A DNA stretch of 64,000 bases, taken from assembly GCA_951406725.2 (NCBI GenBank), contig OX597815.1, positions 211,358,001 through 211,422,000 on the forward strand. Direction: 5' to 3'. Position 1 is the stretch's first letter. Every line of letters starts with the position of its first letter. The notes beneath the pieces are model-generated. The model was not told the DNA's origin. It did not search any database and saw only the letters and a list, made by a program, of their open reading frames with translations. The position numbers and the translations under genes are program-made. Below, in pieces: positions 1 through 13,044 of this stretch. The DNA comes from Octopus vulgaris. Lineage: Eukaryota.

Positions 1-1078
1 ATGTATATACAGAATTGAATTATCTCAATACTTGTAATAATTTGTCAAATTCCTCCTATTGTTTTGAATTAGATCATCTACAGAGATGAAGAATTGGGCA
101 TGGATGATCTATAAAGGTAGATATCTGGTTACTTTTACTACAAAGTAGCTGTGTGGTTTTAAAGAATTTATTTGCATCCACACATTCCTGAACATGTGTC
201 TTCTAGTTGAGCCTTGATTCAACCGAAGTGTTTTGAATGAAATTTGGCAAAGAGAAACTGTCGTGACGTTCTTGTCAATAAGTGTGTGGGATGAACAAAA
301 ATCACTATGTCAAACAAGAAGTATTTTGAAATCTATTATATAAAATCCATTCTGTCTGTCTGTGTGTGTGTTTTCTAGGATCTCGGGCATCCTCCATCCG
401 ATTGCGCTCAAATTTGATTTGTAGGTACCGACGGTATCAGGGCGTGTATAAGTCTTGAAAAAATTACAAAAATCGATTCCAGGTGAGAATGCGATCGATA
501 AAGCCGTGGGAACGTTCATTTGTATGTGCAAGTACATCAGCTGTTGTGATGTACTTACTGGTACTTTAAACTCTTCAGTTGCATATTTGTGAGAATAAAA
601 TCATTTTTCTTTCGAATAGAAAAAAAGTCTGTTTGTTTCTTCTTTTGCTGGTGTCTCAAATTTAGGTTAAATCAGTGTTTCTCAAAGGAGAGGCCTATGG
701 GACGGTTGGACAAGTTGTTTGGAGAAAATTTGGTTTTAATGTTTGACAACTCAGCACCGTCAATTGGATGGGGTGGGGGATGTTTTGCTCGTAATTAACT
801 AAAACTTAAATTATATCCTTTTATACCAAGTTTGAATTCAATTTTCGCCCCTAATGAAAATGATAAAATAAGTACCAGACAAGGTAATATGGTCAATACC
901 ATTGACTACAACCCTCTAAGTTGTTGCTCCAGCATGGCTGCAGTGCAATGATTTAACCCAGTAAAAACAAAAAAATTAGTATATAAGTCATATGGCAAAA
1001 ACCATTTCCGGCCAGATAATTTCAGCAAAATCTTCTTTGAAAGTCTAAAGTTAGTATGCAACCATACTTGCCATGTAC

Positions 1079-1171
1079 CTTGTTCCTGCCACAGATAGTG
1101 CCTTCTGCAGCAGGCTCACGCTTTGTTGTACAAGTCTTGTTTACGTGACACCACAGGTAAGAGCAAATATT
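1079..1171 (-). CDS. ADAMTS7/12-like: ADAMTS exon H: NICSYLWCHVNKTCTTKREPAAEGTICGRNK (disintegrin-like domain); the gene continues left of the window
   Basis: 93 nt, phase 0-0, tttgtag acceptor, AAG|gtacat donor. Contains the C..LWC....C......AAEGT.CG motif. Confidence 0.93.
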
Positions 1172-1293
1172 CTACAAATATAGCAACAAAGAAATATTAG
1201 CAAATAGAACAATACACATATATACATTCATACATATTTCATTTTGGGATTTGGTCTGCAAGATTCTTTATATGAGTTCGTGTGTTGAAGCAT

Positions 1294-1581
1294 ATTCTGT
1301 TGTGTCTGGGGTATCACATTCTCTTTTAGTGCCTTATAATTTAACACACTCACCAGTAAAATTTCCACTTATTTCTTTTTTATTTTTCTAAAATTTTCAT
1401 TGCATCTTGTAACCTTTTCAATAGTTTTTTTTTTTTTTTATGAAAGTCAAAACTATTGAAAAGGTTACAAAATGCAACGGAAATTTTAGATAAATAAAAA
1501 AGAAATAAGTGGAAATTTTACCAGTGAGTGTGTTAAATTATAAGTCGCTAAAAGAAATGACTCTCCCCAGACACAACAGAA

Positions 1582-1582
<1 letters not shown>
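1294..1582. repeat. Imperfect inverted repeat with arms of about 135 bp and a short spacer
   Basis: 1294-1428 is the reverse complement of 1449-1582 with scattered mismatches. Confidence 0.85.
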
Positions 1583-1637
<55 letters not shown>

Positions 1638-1690
1638 TGTATATATTTACGAAGTCTAGACAGATATCTTCAGCTAGCAGGCCATGCTAC

Positions 1691-1736
1691 TCTAGACTGG
1701 TGACGGGCAAGACCCAGAAACATGCGTGTCTCTAGA
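1691..1736 (+). ncRNA. Degenerate minimal type I hammerhead in a (TA)n-flanked insert (about 1645-1901)
   Basis: TCTAGA-CTGGTGA-CGGG caaga CCCA-GAAAC-ATGCGT-GTC-TCTAGA. Core has A6>G and the first stem II pair is mismatched. Confidence 0.6.
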
Positions 1737-1898
1737 TGCAGGCCTAGCTGTTGGGGGTGCTTGTCTCCCCTTTGTAAATATATAAGGACACAGGAAATGT
1801 GTTAAGGCCAACAGGAAGCGTCGATGCTTCCTAGGGCTAAACAGCGGTGGTGCAATTCCCTTACAGGACTGTCACGTTAAGTTGACAGTATGCAACCA

Positions 1899-1937
<39 letters not shown>

Positions 1938-2412
1938 AATACATGGGTTTGAAGGGTCTATGCAACATTGTTTGTTGTGTGTGTGCAGCAATGTTCTCAC
2001 ACAAAAATGAATTTATGCACTTACCTACACACAAATATCTTTGTATGTATATATGCATGCATGCATGGTGACCTTTGTCCTAATTTCAAACACTCTTTCT
2101 TATTACAGACATATTCTCGTAAGAGATTTGTTATTTTGTCTTCTATAGATCTTCAGAAGACTCTGATACTGATTTCGATTGAAATTTCGTGACAAATGTA
2201 GCATAGAATTTTGCCAAGAGCCTTATCAAAATTGACTCCATTCTTGTTCATTGTAACAAACTGGGTTTTTAACCCAAATGTAGATGAATGCACATATGAA
2301 CATAAAGGACAGATGGTGGGCCTGTTGGAACTTTAAAAAAATGAACATTGGTCTCTTGATAAATAATGATTGCAGGAGACACTACCCGATCTGATCAATC
2401 TAATGATCTATC

Positions 2413-2448
<36 letters not shown>

Positions 2449-2580
2449 ATTATTAATGTTTGATTTGTTATGAAATTTTTAGAATAATAATTATAAGATA
2501 TTTAATTAATTTCTATGTGGTTATTATAGATAATATCTTTGCACAACTGATTAAATAACTAATGGCTTGTCTCTAATTTC

Positions 2581-2612
<32 letters not shown>

Positions 2613-2761
2613 CTATAATGAGGAAAAATGAGAAAAGTATTGCATAAGAGTGAGATAAGTTTAAGTAAAGGTTATAGTATGAACATTTGATTTTAACCTT
2701 TCAGATGCTAGTCCTTCATCAGAAAAAGTATCTGTTTATCTCTTTACATGTGTGCATCTGT

Positions 2762-2932
2762 GTGCCTGACATCACAAAATGCGTCTGAATAAATATTGCC
2801 GGACAGCAAATAGAGACTCAGACATTGCATAGAAAATATTTTTCATTTTTAACCTTGTATATAGTAAGCACTAAAGATTTTGACCTTTAAATTTTGGGGA
2901 AAAAATGCAGATTATACTTGAGGATTTACGGT
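2762..2932 (-). mobile_element. Partial copy of the MITE at 8640-9150
   Basis: Reverse complement of about 8640-8810; ends ...gaggatttacgg-TA. Confidence 0.75.
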
Positions 2933-3885
2933 AATTAATAAGGGAGCAAGGGGTGCAACAGCTCCCACTGACCACATTTTTCAAAATTGGCACCTTTTCA
3001 ATAATTTTGTTTTTGAATTCTTTAGATTCTTTGTACAATAAAAGTCAAATCTCTTTTCCTCTTTGGTTAATCATATGACCTTAGAAGAACTTTCTGGGGT
3101 CATTACTTTATGTGACCAACCTCTTGTATTTTTAGACTGTTTGCTCAATCTCCTGTGGTGTGTTGGCTGTTGCTGGCATCTAAAGGACCAAAACAAACCC
3201 TGACATCACAACCTCTTAACATTAAACAATGCCATGGAGTTTCATCTTTTTCCTGTCAAACCTATATCAGTAGTTGTAGGTTTCATACATAATGACATTG
3301 TTACCGAAACATGAAATTAGTGAATGTAGAATACAATTATGCAAATTATAACTAATGAAATGTTTCAAGTGATATAAGAAAAATGAGTTAAAACTTGTTT
3401 GGTGCGGAATACAGTGTCTTTTTTTTTTTATGTGGCCCCTCATCTGAAATTTAGAATATGGCTATGCCTCTAGCAGCACATTAATTTCACCCCTCAAAGT
3501 GGGCTCGCAAAGGCCTACCTTGACTAACTTTAAAATTAAGTCTGACAACAAATAATCTTATTTCAAAAGCATATTAATATCTTGTTGTTGTTGATGTTCA
3601 GGTCAGACACAAGAATCAATCAAACTAATTGCCAATTAACTTCAATATATTTTCCAATTAACTATAATTTTATTATAGAGAACTATATTTTTCATTTTAT
3701 CACACTGCAAGTATTCTGTCTCATTCGCTATGTTTATTTAATTAAATCAATACCAAAATTTAAATCATGGTTGAAACAGTCTCCAATAACCTAAGTTTGA
3801 TGAGGACTTTATTACTCATTCATCTTTCCTTTCTTTTCTCTTTGAGCAAGAATCTAAAACAGATAAAAGGAAGAATTTTTCTTAC

Positions 3886-4030
3886 AGAAACTGAATCACA
3901 GACTTTAGCTTCGGGACCATACTGCAGTCGGCACTGATGATCAGCATTGTACATGGTGCCAGGAGGTAAGAATGGGAAGACGTAATCAAAGACAGTTGAC
4001 TCATCATTCAAGCAGTAACCTCTGTCACGA
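3886..4030 (-). CDS. ADAMTS7/12-like: ADAMTS exon G: (D)RDRGYCLNDESTVFDYVFPFLPPGTMYNADHQCRLQYGPEAKVCDSVS (end of catalytic domain, start of disintegrin-like domain)
   Basis: 145 nt, phase 2 to 0, ccag acceptor, TCT|gtaaga donor. Contains the PG..Y.AD.QC.LQYG motif. Confidence 0.95.
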
Positions 4031-5038
4031 CTGGTGAATAGAATGGAATAAAATAGATTAAGATTTATAAATAAGGAATATATTTTTAAGGTAGCCACAA
4101 AAGCAAGCAACAAAAATGTAACAAAACCAACAATAAAACAATAAGCAGGATAATTGTGCCAACAAGGGTTGGGGCAATGGACACTATATCAGTAATGTGA
4201 TGCTTAAGAACCAATGGAACTCAATTTCAGTTGAATGTACAAGATCACTGTGAAATAAAGTGCGTTCTCCTCAAGGCAGATGGTGTGAGAATTGAACCTA
4301 AGACCCTGTAGTAATGATTACAACCATGACATCATACACCTTAATACCAGTGGTATCATCATCAATGACATTGACCCTGGGGTCAATACCTATTTCTTTA
4401 CTACCCACAAGGGGCTAAACACAGAGAGGACAAATGGATTAAGTCGATTACATCGACCCCAGTGTGTAACTGGTACTTAATTTATCGACCCCTAAAGGAT
4501 GAAAGGCAAAGTCGACCTCAGTGGAATTTGAACTCAGAATGTAACGGCAGACGAAATACCGCTAAGCATTTGGCCTGGCATGTTAATGATTCTGCCAGCT
4601 CTCTGCCTTAATCATCATAATAATGATAATGGTTTCAAATTTTGGCACAAGACCAGTTATTTCAGGGGAGGGACTAAGTCTATTACATTGACCCAGTGTT
4701 TGACAGATAATTATTTTATCAACCCTGATAGGATGAAAGGCAATATATATTTCCCCATGTTCACTCTTACAAAACAATGAGTGACTCTCTACTTGATCGC
4801 TAGAAATAGATGTCAAATTTGACTCAAAGTTGCTCAGCCATCTTTTCAAAATAAGTCTTTGAATAATGTAAACCAAGCTAGACATGGTTCCATGTATCCT
4901 GGCCTGAATAAAAGGTGAGATGCTTTTCTGATCTTACGCCTAAAAAAACTGAGGAACAAAAACAACAATAACAAAAACAACAGCAACACAATCAACAACA
5001 ACAACTTGTTTCTCAGATAACTGTGAAAGGTAACTCAC

Positions 5039-5182
5039 TCAAAGAACTTGGTTACAGCCTTCTTACTGCATGGAGACCAAATTCTAAGCCGACTGCTACC
5101 AAACATCTGTGGTGCCATCACATAGGAATTTTCACCGGATGAAATACATTTGCTTCGACCTCCATCATGTTTCATTCCAAGG
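5039..5182 (-). CDS. ADAMTS7/12-like: ADAMTS exon F: (N)LGMKHDGGRSKCISSGENSYVMAPQMFGSSRLRIWSPCSKKAVTKFF
   Basis: 144 nt, phase 2-2, tttcag acceptor, GA|gtgagt donor. Completes HELGHNLGMKHD and contains the Met-turn VMAP and WS.CS. Confidence 0.96.
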
Positions 5183-5545
5183 CTGAAACAAAACAGATTT
5201 ATATTTCAGTTTTCGTCAATTTTCTTCTTTTTTTTTTAAATTTTGCTTTAATTCAGTTCAATTGTAGATAGAATATCCAACCTTTCACAGACGGATTTTT
5301 ATTGGGTGTTTTACTGAGCTCTGAACTGCAAACTAACATAATGCTTATTGGTTAAATATACAATGAAGTATGTATCACTGAACGTAGTAATGATTTTATG
5401 ACTAAGAGAACTTAATCATTAAAGGTAATGTTAAATCTCTTTGCCGTATTCAGTATAGTACCATACACAGTATAACAGCCAGCAAGTCTACAAATACAAC
5501 ACTCAATCAACTTGGCTTGCCATGACACACTTTTTATTGGAAAAT

Positions 5546-6000
5546 CATCGTCGTTTAACGTCCGCTTTCCATGCTAGCATGGGTTGGACGATTTGACTGA
5601 GGACTGGCAAACCAGATGGCTGCACCAGGCTCCAATCTTGATCTGACAGAGTTTCTACAGCTGGATGCCCTTCCTAATGCCAACCACTCAGAGTGTAGTG
5701 GGTGCTTTTATGTACCACTGGCACAAGGGGCCAGTCAAGCAGTACTGGCAACGGTCCCGGAAATCGTGTTTTTTTTTTTTTTTAACGTGTCACCTGCTAA
5801 GCGGCACAAGTGCCAGTAAGACGATGCTGTTAACGATCACACTCGAATGGTGCTTTTTATGTGCCACCAGCACTAATGCCAGTTAGCTGCTCTGGCAACG
5901 ATCATGCTCGGATGGTGCTCTTAATGCTCCACTAACACGGATGCCAGTCATCGAATTTGATTTTGATTCTGATTTCACTCGCCTCAACAGGTCTTCGCAA
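5546..6000 (-). mobile_element. SINE-like repeat family D (degraded copy at about 60170-60330, +)
   Basis: On the minus strand: GGCATTAGGAAGGGCATCCAGCTGTAGAAAC and tail GCATGGAAAGCGGACGTTAAACGACGATGAT. Confidence 0.6.
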
Positions 6001-7719
6001 ATTAATTACTACGTGCATGGAAAACAGAGAGTCAAAATAGTGGCATACATATTCATTTTTAATATGTTCCAGCAGATTTGAACATGAGTAAGCTAATCAT
6101 TGCTGTATTTCATCTTCAGATAACACCTCCTTTCAGATGATGTATATTCAATACACACCCAATTTATTGATGTAAGGGACTTTGAGACATCTGTGTCTCA
6201 TCCTAGTTGTGTCTCTTCAGTCAAGGTTAATTCTGGACCAACTAATGTAAACAAGATTGGTGGCTCTTGTTTCCAGAATTCAGCAAAAAATTATTTGCTG
6301 ATTCATGTTGATGTCAACCAAAACCGATAATAAATTACCATGCAAATAGAGAACAGCAAGAATCAAAACGTTGACAAACATACTCATTTTTAATGTTTTG
6401 TCAGACACACTAATCACAGTTGCATTTTGTCTTTGAAGAATATTCTTTCAGATGATCTAACACATTCAATGAATTGATGTAAAGCCCCAAAACAAATATT
6501 GCAATGAATGGGTATAATGAGCAGAACATCTAAAATTTTACATAAGAGGCTGAAGTATATTGGAACTGAGACATGTAGTGTTGAACTGCAGAAAAAATGC
6601 CATCTTATATTCTGCAAGATTCTTGAGACACTTCCGTTTTGAGCTAGTTGTATCTCTTCAGTCAAATAATAATTGTTTCTGATTTAAGCATAAATTAGCA
6701 ATTTTGAGGGGTGGGGGTTTAGTCGATTGGTACTTTATTTTATTGACTTTGAAAGAATGGAAGATAAACCTGACCTCAGTGGCATTTGAACTCAGAAGTA
6801 AAGTGCCGGAACAAATATCGCAAGGTATTGTTTCCGGCGCTCTAATTAATCTGCCAATTAAAAAGCAAAAATTAATAACAAAAATTAAGAAGAAGGAGGA
6901 GGAGGAGAAAAAGAATGGTTTTAAATTTTTGTACAAGACCAGCAATTTTGGGGAGGGGATAAAACAATTACATCAGCCCCAGTGTTTCACTGGTACTTAA
7001 TTTATCGGCCACAAGAGGATGAAAGGTAAAGTCGACCTTGGCGGAATGTGAACTCAGAACGTAAAGATGGACAAAATGCCACTAAGCATTTTGCTTGGCA
7101 TCCAAACGATTCAGCCAGCACACTGCCTTAATACTACTAGAACTACTACTACTATTACTACTACTGCCAATGATAATAATAATGATAATAATGATTTCTA
7201 ATTTTTGGCACAAGGGCAGCAATTTCAAGGAAGGGTTTAAGTTGATTATGTCAATTGCAACTTATTTTATCTACCCCGAAAGGTCGAAAGGCAAAGTCGA
7301 CCCTAGTGGAATTTGAACTCAGAACGTAAAGACCCAGAAGAAATACTGCTAAGCATTTTGTCCGATGCTCTAACAGTTCTGCTAGCTCACTTACTTTCAT
7401 TTCAAATTTTGACAGAATGCCAGCAGTTTTGATGGGAATAGGGTGAATAATCGGGTGAATGTCAAAGTTGACCTCAGCAGATTTAAAACTCGAAATGCAA
7501 AGCCCCAGAACGAATAACGTAATGCATTGGGCGTAATTAGCACAACATCCAAACTCTTTTACACAAGAGGCTGAAGTATATTGGAACCGAGACAAGGAAG
7601 GTTTACCAGCAGAAAATATGTCATCTCGAAATTGCAAGATTCTTGACATTTAAGGAGACTTGTTGTTAACAAACTTTAAAATAATATCCCTGCTGCTTAA
7701 ATTAACATGTAACCACCTT

Positions 7720-7777
<58 letters not shown>

Positions 7778-8311
7778 TTTCTGCTATAGGCACAAGGCCT
7801 GCACTTTGGAGGGAGGGATGGAGGAAGGGAACTAGCAGATCACATCGACCCCAGTGCGTAACTGGTACTTAATTTATCGACCCCGAAAGGATGAAAGGCA
7901 AAGTCGACCTCAGCGGAATTTGAACTCAAAAACATTTCGTCCGGCATGCTAACGATTCTGCCAGTTCACCGCCTTAATAATAATAATAATAATAACCCTT
8001 TCTACTAATCCTTTCTACTAAAGGCACGAGGCCTGAAATTTGGGGTGATGTGACTAGTCGATAACATCGACTCCAATGCTCGACTGGTACTTAACTTAGT
8101 GACCCCGAAAGCATGAAAGGCAAAGTCGACCTCGGTGGAATTTGAACTCAAAACTACACAACCCACTTCCTGAACCATTGACGTGAAAGGAACCTTTTAT
8201 TTGTCTAAAGGAAAAGAATCTAACAAATTATAAGATCCTCACAAGATACTTTTTTTCTTCTTATTTAATATAAAGAAACCCCCACTTAGATCGAAGAGTA
8301 TCACAACTTAC

Positions 8312-8461
8312 TTGTGTCCCAGCTCATGCGCAATGGTATATGCAAGAGCTAATCCAGAATCTTCATTGATGTTACATGACATCTGAGGTTGACACATGCC
8401 TGAAAGATGTGCAAGTCCCAAGGTATTACAGGGACGGTCTATTCGGCTGCAGATATCATGT
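8312..8461 (-). CDS. ADAMTS7/12-like: ADAMTS exon E: [49 protein letters not shown] (first half of the zinc motif)
   Basis: 150 nt, phase 2-2, ttttcag acceptor, AA|gtaagt donor. Translated by hand; it is not in the ORF track. Contains HExxH. Confidence 0.96.
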
Positions 8462-8639
8462 CTGAAAAGAGTGATTTGAAGAAAGCAACGATTAGAAATA
8501 ATACGAATTATAATTAAAAAGAAAAATATAATACAACGGATTTTCTAAGAACCCGTTTTGCCGCTTTGCTACGGTTCCCACTGCAACGCCTAATGACAGC
8601 AGGTTAGAAATGTTCAGTGAACCGTTCAGTACATAATTA

Positions 8640-9150
8640 CCGTAAATCCTCGAGTATATCCGCATTTTTTCCCCAAAATTTCAAGGTCAAAATCCCTAGT
8701 GCGTACTATATACGAGGTTAAAAATGAAAATTATTTTCTAAGCAATGTCCGAGTCTCTATTTGCTGTTCGGCAATGTTTATTCAGACTCATTTTGGGATG
8801 TCGGGCGCGAAAATACCTTAAGCTAAGCCAGAAAGCAATGAAGTCATAAAAGAATCATCCACAACTTGCAGTAAGCAACATTTATTAAACGTATTTCTGT
8901 TATTTCTTTATTTTCTGCAAACAAAATACACAAAAAAGCTACACGTTTGCATTATGTTATATATACAATAATAATAAAGTACGTTAGCGTATACAGTTTT
9001 ACAGAACCAAGGACGTTATATAGACCTCCTTGACTCAAGTTAGAGAAAGGGTGCGTATTATACACAAGGTTTAAGTTTTTCAGAGGTACAGCCCCCTAAA
9101 AATCCCCTGCGTATTATACTCAAGGGCGGACTATACTCGAGGATTTACGG
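8640..9150. mobile_element. Tc1/mariner/pogo-type MITE
   Basis: TIRs CCGTAAATCCTCGAGTATA / TATACTCGAGGATTTACGG with TA on both sides. Confidence 0.85.
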
Positions 9151-9784
9151 TATGTACACAAACTTTTCGATTAGATTTCCATATAATAAACAGATTAAAT
9201 TTGCAGATGCCTTCTAATACTGTTGGAGTAAGAAGAGAATGGTGAACAAACGATAGCGTAGGCTTGAAATCTTCTGTAGCATTTGCTTCTAACAATAATG
9301 TTAGACAATTTCTGATGTTTTATACTTCCCCTCCTTTAAAATAGAAATCATAGAATGTAACCATATTCCTCTCCATTAGAAACTAAACCGATTTTATATT
9401 TAGCTCACTCTAAAATAACTTTCAATTTCGATGTAAGGTAGGAGCTGGCACTTGCTGAGATTCCTTTAATCCAAATACCTCCAAAAACTGTGGGGATTAA
9501 TGACTTCTTAAACTGTTCAAGTCGCCCAAGAAAAGCAACAAACGGTTGAGTGACTTCCTCAGATTCTTTTTTCAGCTACTTAAATTAAAATGTCCTGTTT
9601 TCTAAATAATAGCTTTGGGGAATAGCGAGTGACTTCGTGAAATATCATCTTCCCAGACACTTTACATTTCTTCCATGTTTACCAGGATTTTACTGCGCTT
9701 CCGTGTTAGTTTAAAGGCGTTACGCTCACTTGAATTACTCACGGTAACTTTTATTTCATCAAATTGGTTCATTATGATCGTTAA

Positions 9785-10005
9785 CCCTTCCGTTATCAAC
9801 CCGGCTGAAACAGCCTCTGACTCTGTTGTACAAATGTCTTGTTTTCATAATTTTTGAATTAAAGTCTTCCACCAAACCTTAGTCACAATTTATGTTCCTA
9901 ACAATAGCTTAATGACAACTAAGTTAATTTGCTAAATTCTTTGTTATATTTAAAGTAATTGAAAGAAACACAGAGCATCTCAAAATAGATACAGTAACGA
10001 AAGGG
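9785..10005. mobile_element. piggyBac-type MITE
   Basis: TTAA target-site duplications at 9781-9784 and 10006-10009; TIRs CCCTTCCGTTA / TAACGAAAGGG. Confidence 0.85.
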
Positions 10006-11204
10006 TTAAAGTTGATATTGCAAATCCTAATGATTCCGCAACAACATTCCTTTCTTTTCTTTTATTTTCTATAACTTGTAGTTTGGTATGCAATTTCACT
10101 ACATTTACGCGACGTGACAGGGTAATAAGAATACTGATGCATTCTTTTTTAATTATATTACTTTAAGTAATTAAGAATTTACTACGCAAGTGAACAATGT
10201 AGTACGAGCAAGCTCTCAAGAACGCAAAAACAAATTGAGAGTCACTGATTACCTTCTTTTGTGCCTCCCTAATAAAGCAAAGAGGTAGTTCCCTAAAGCA
10301 GGTCCAAATTTATGCAGAATATTCTGGGAACAGCCATGCTATGAGAATAGTTTCCCTCTTGCGATTTCGACTGTCAAACTGCTGTGGCATTAAGCTCTCG
10401 TTATGACGAGATTTCGTTCAGGGAAGTCGCAGAAAACGAAATAATGGCCTGTGCGTGTGTGGGTGTGTGGTGGAGTATCTCATCAAACATACTTATGCAC
10501 AAGGGCTTGTACAAACTCCTTATACACTTTCCCAAAGAGGACACTTTCCAAAGTGGGTGCAGTGAGATCTAACGCAGAACCACGTGGTTGTGAAACGATC
10601 TTCTTGACTACGCTGCCATTCCTATATATAAGCATACAATTGTATTTTTCCAGGTAACAATGGTGCAGCTGCTCAGTAGTCATATCTTCCTTCGTCTCTT
10701 CTTCTTTCCTAACTCTTCGCCTTTCACGCCACTCTGCGTAGCTATAAGCTCAAAAGTGTTGGCACGCACAGCAGATGCCAACAGATACATGCTGGTTGTC
10801 CTGTTCTGTTACCACTTTCGCCCTCCGCAAAAAATCCCAAATTTTATTTAATTTGCTTTGCGGGACGGATTGTTTCAACGAAGTCGCGTCTTGTCCTTGC
10901 CTTCGTCGCGTGGAGTAGTTGAAACAGGGACAACTGAAGAAGGGGAATGTTGTATGTCTCGCTTCTGTGTGTGTGTGTGTGTTTTACGTTGTTCGAAAAT
11001 ATCGTTTCTACTTTTTTGTCTTTATGTTTTCGTTTCTCATTGTGTTCAACGTTTTTTGTATGTCCTGTACCAATATATGGATGTATATATACATATATAT
11101 GTAGGTATGTACATATATGTATGTATATATGCATATATTTATATATTATTTACATTATTATATGATCGAGCGCCACGCATCCTTTTCCAAGTAAGTATAC
11201 ATAC

Positions 11205-11238
<34 letters not shown>

Positions 11239-11415
11239 GTAACGCACAAAACGCTCGTACACCCTCTCAAACGCGCATGTGGACATATACACATATATTA
11301 TAAGTATACATATACATACACGCGTGTATTCATCCATACATACATACGTACATAGATACGATACATGAAAACGCGCATAAGCGTAAACATATGCAAATAA
11401 AGGATGAAGATTAAC

Positions 11416-11540
11416 CTAGTCAAAAGAACTGCCACATCATGGTGATTTGGATGACTGTCTTCCTTGAAGTTCATCTTTCGCTGCCAGCGACAAAAACTGC
11501 GAAGACTTCGGTCAGCATGATGAGTAATTTTCAGGCCTTC
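11416..11540 (-). CDS. ADAMTS7/12-like: ADAMTS exon D: [42 protein letters not shown]
   Basis: 125 nt, phase 0 to 2, gcag acceptor, AG|gttaat donor. Contains the SFC.WQ and [10 protein letters not shown] motifs. Confidence 0.95.
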
Positions 11541-13044
11541 CTGCATATGAAAATGAAAACAAATCATCAAACATCAATGGATCAGATTTTAAAAGTTCAT
11601 TTCGCTGGATCCACTAACCAAGAGTGAGGGGCCCAAGAAGAGAGGTGGCGGCCCACCCCGGGTGACGCTTTTATAAGAGAGGCACTTTGGGGTTTGCTGC
11701 ATAAGTTTAAGGATCAGCTATTAAAAATTCATTTCACTGGATCCAGTAGCGTGGCTAGGAGATGAAGGGACCAAGGAGTGAGGTGGCGGCCACCCCGCCC
11801 GACGATTTTTTGAAACGTACTTCAGTGTTTGTCGGACAGCTTACCTAGCCAATTGTCCACAAAGTTCTTGTTAAAGAACAACAAAGTTATTGTACTCTAC
11901 AAATTTATAGAATAACCCAACAGATTAATGTGAAATTGTTTATATTATAACTGAAAATAAAAACAAATATTAATATTTATTCTTTTATTTATTGTGAAGC
12001 AGAATATGTGTTTTCAGTCATAAATTTTAGTACTCTTTTACTTGCTTCAGTCATTTGACGGTGGCCATGCTGGAGCACCGCCTTTGTTTTGTTTTTTAGT
12101 CGAGCAAATCGACCCCAGGACTTATTCTTTGCAAGCCTAGTATTTATTCTATCGGTCTCTTTTTTGCCGAACCGCTAAGTTACGGGCACCTAAACACACC
12201 AGCATCGGTTGTCAAGCGATGTTGCGGGGACAAACACAGACACATACGTATATATATATATATACGACGGGCTTCTTTCAGTTTCCGTCTACCAAATCCA
12301 CTCACAAGGCTTTGGTCGGCCCGAGGCTATAGTAGAAGACACTTGCCCAAGGTGCCACGCAGTGGGACTGAACCCGAGACCATGTGGTTCGTAAGCAATC
12401 TACTTACCACACAGCTACTCCGTGTACCATTAATAAAAATAGGCTGGCCATAATTGCAGCATTGATTAAATGCTAATATCTTACCCCACTAAGAAAACAG
12501 GATTATGACCACATCATATCAAACTGGTCGACACACTCCGCTGCATTCCAGACAAAGTATATCCGTATAGGATCCAAACAGCCTCACACCATCGGATTAA
12601 TATAATCGTTTATTATTCTCAGACGAAACAATACAGATGCATGCCAGAAGAACTAACGAGGAACTGATTTACAATAGAAATTGGTTTACACGCCCCAAAA
12701 AAGAACAAACTAACTAAACAAGAGTAAGAAGAAGAAGAATATTGTCTGGTCGCACCCGTTATTCAATACATATATGAATACCTGTAAGACAAAACAGTTC
12801 ATTTCCATAATAAACTTGCTCTCCGACAGAAACATGCAAACTACAATGGCTGGATAATTAAAATGATGTTAAGGTATGTTATAGCGCATACCTTTGAAAC
12901 AAAGTTATATAATATTAAATAATGCTAGAATATCGGTAATGAACAAAATGACAAGAAAAACAATGTAACTAATCGAAAAAACGGTAGTTCTTATTAATGT
13001 CATCTTCTGTGTCAATGACACAGAAAGAAAACAAATAAATACTA

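Noticed and set aside
1060-1078. Alternative donor (gtatgg) just downstream of exon H
   Set aside because: It would change the phase; the AAG|gtacat donor fits the expected phase-0 boundary.
6420-7650. Duplicated segment (6530-6630 and 7550-7650) with a possible RT-like FRDDIF motif
   Set aside because: Too degraded to classify by eye.
12209-12394. Recurrent ORFs such as DGLLSVSVYQIHSQGFGRPEA and MRNWYL..RPRKDERQSRPRRNL
   Set aside because: They are translations of SINE A and SINE B copies.
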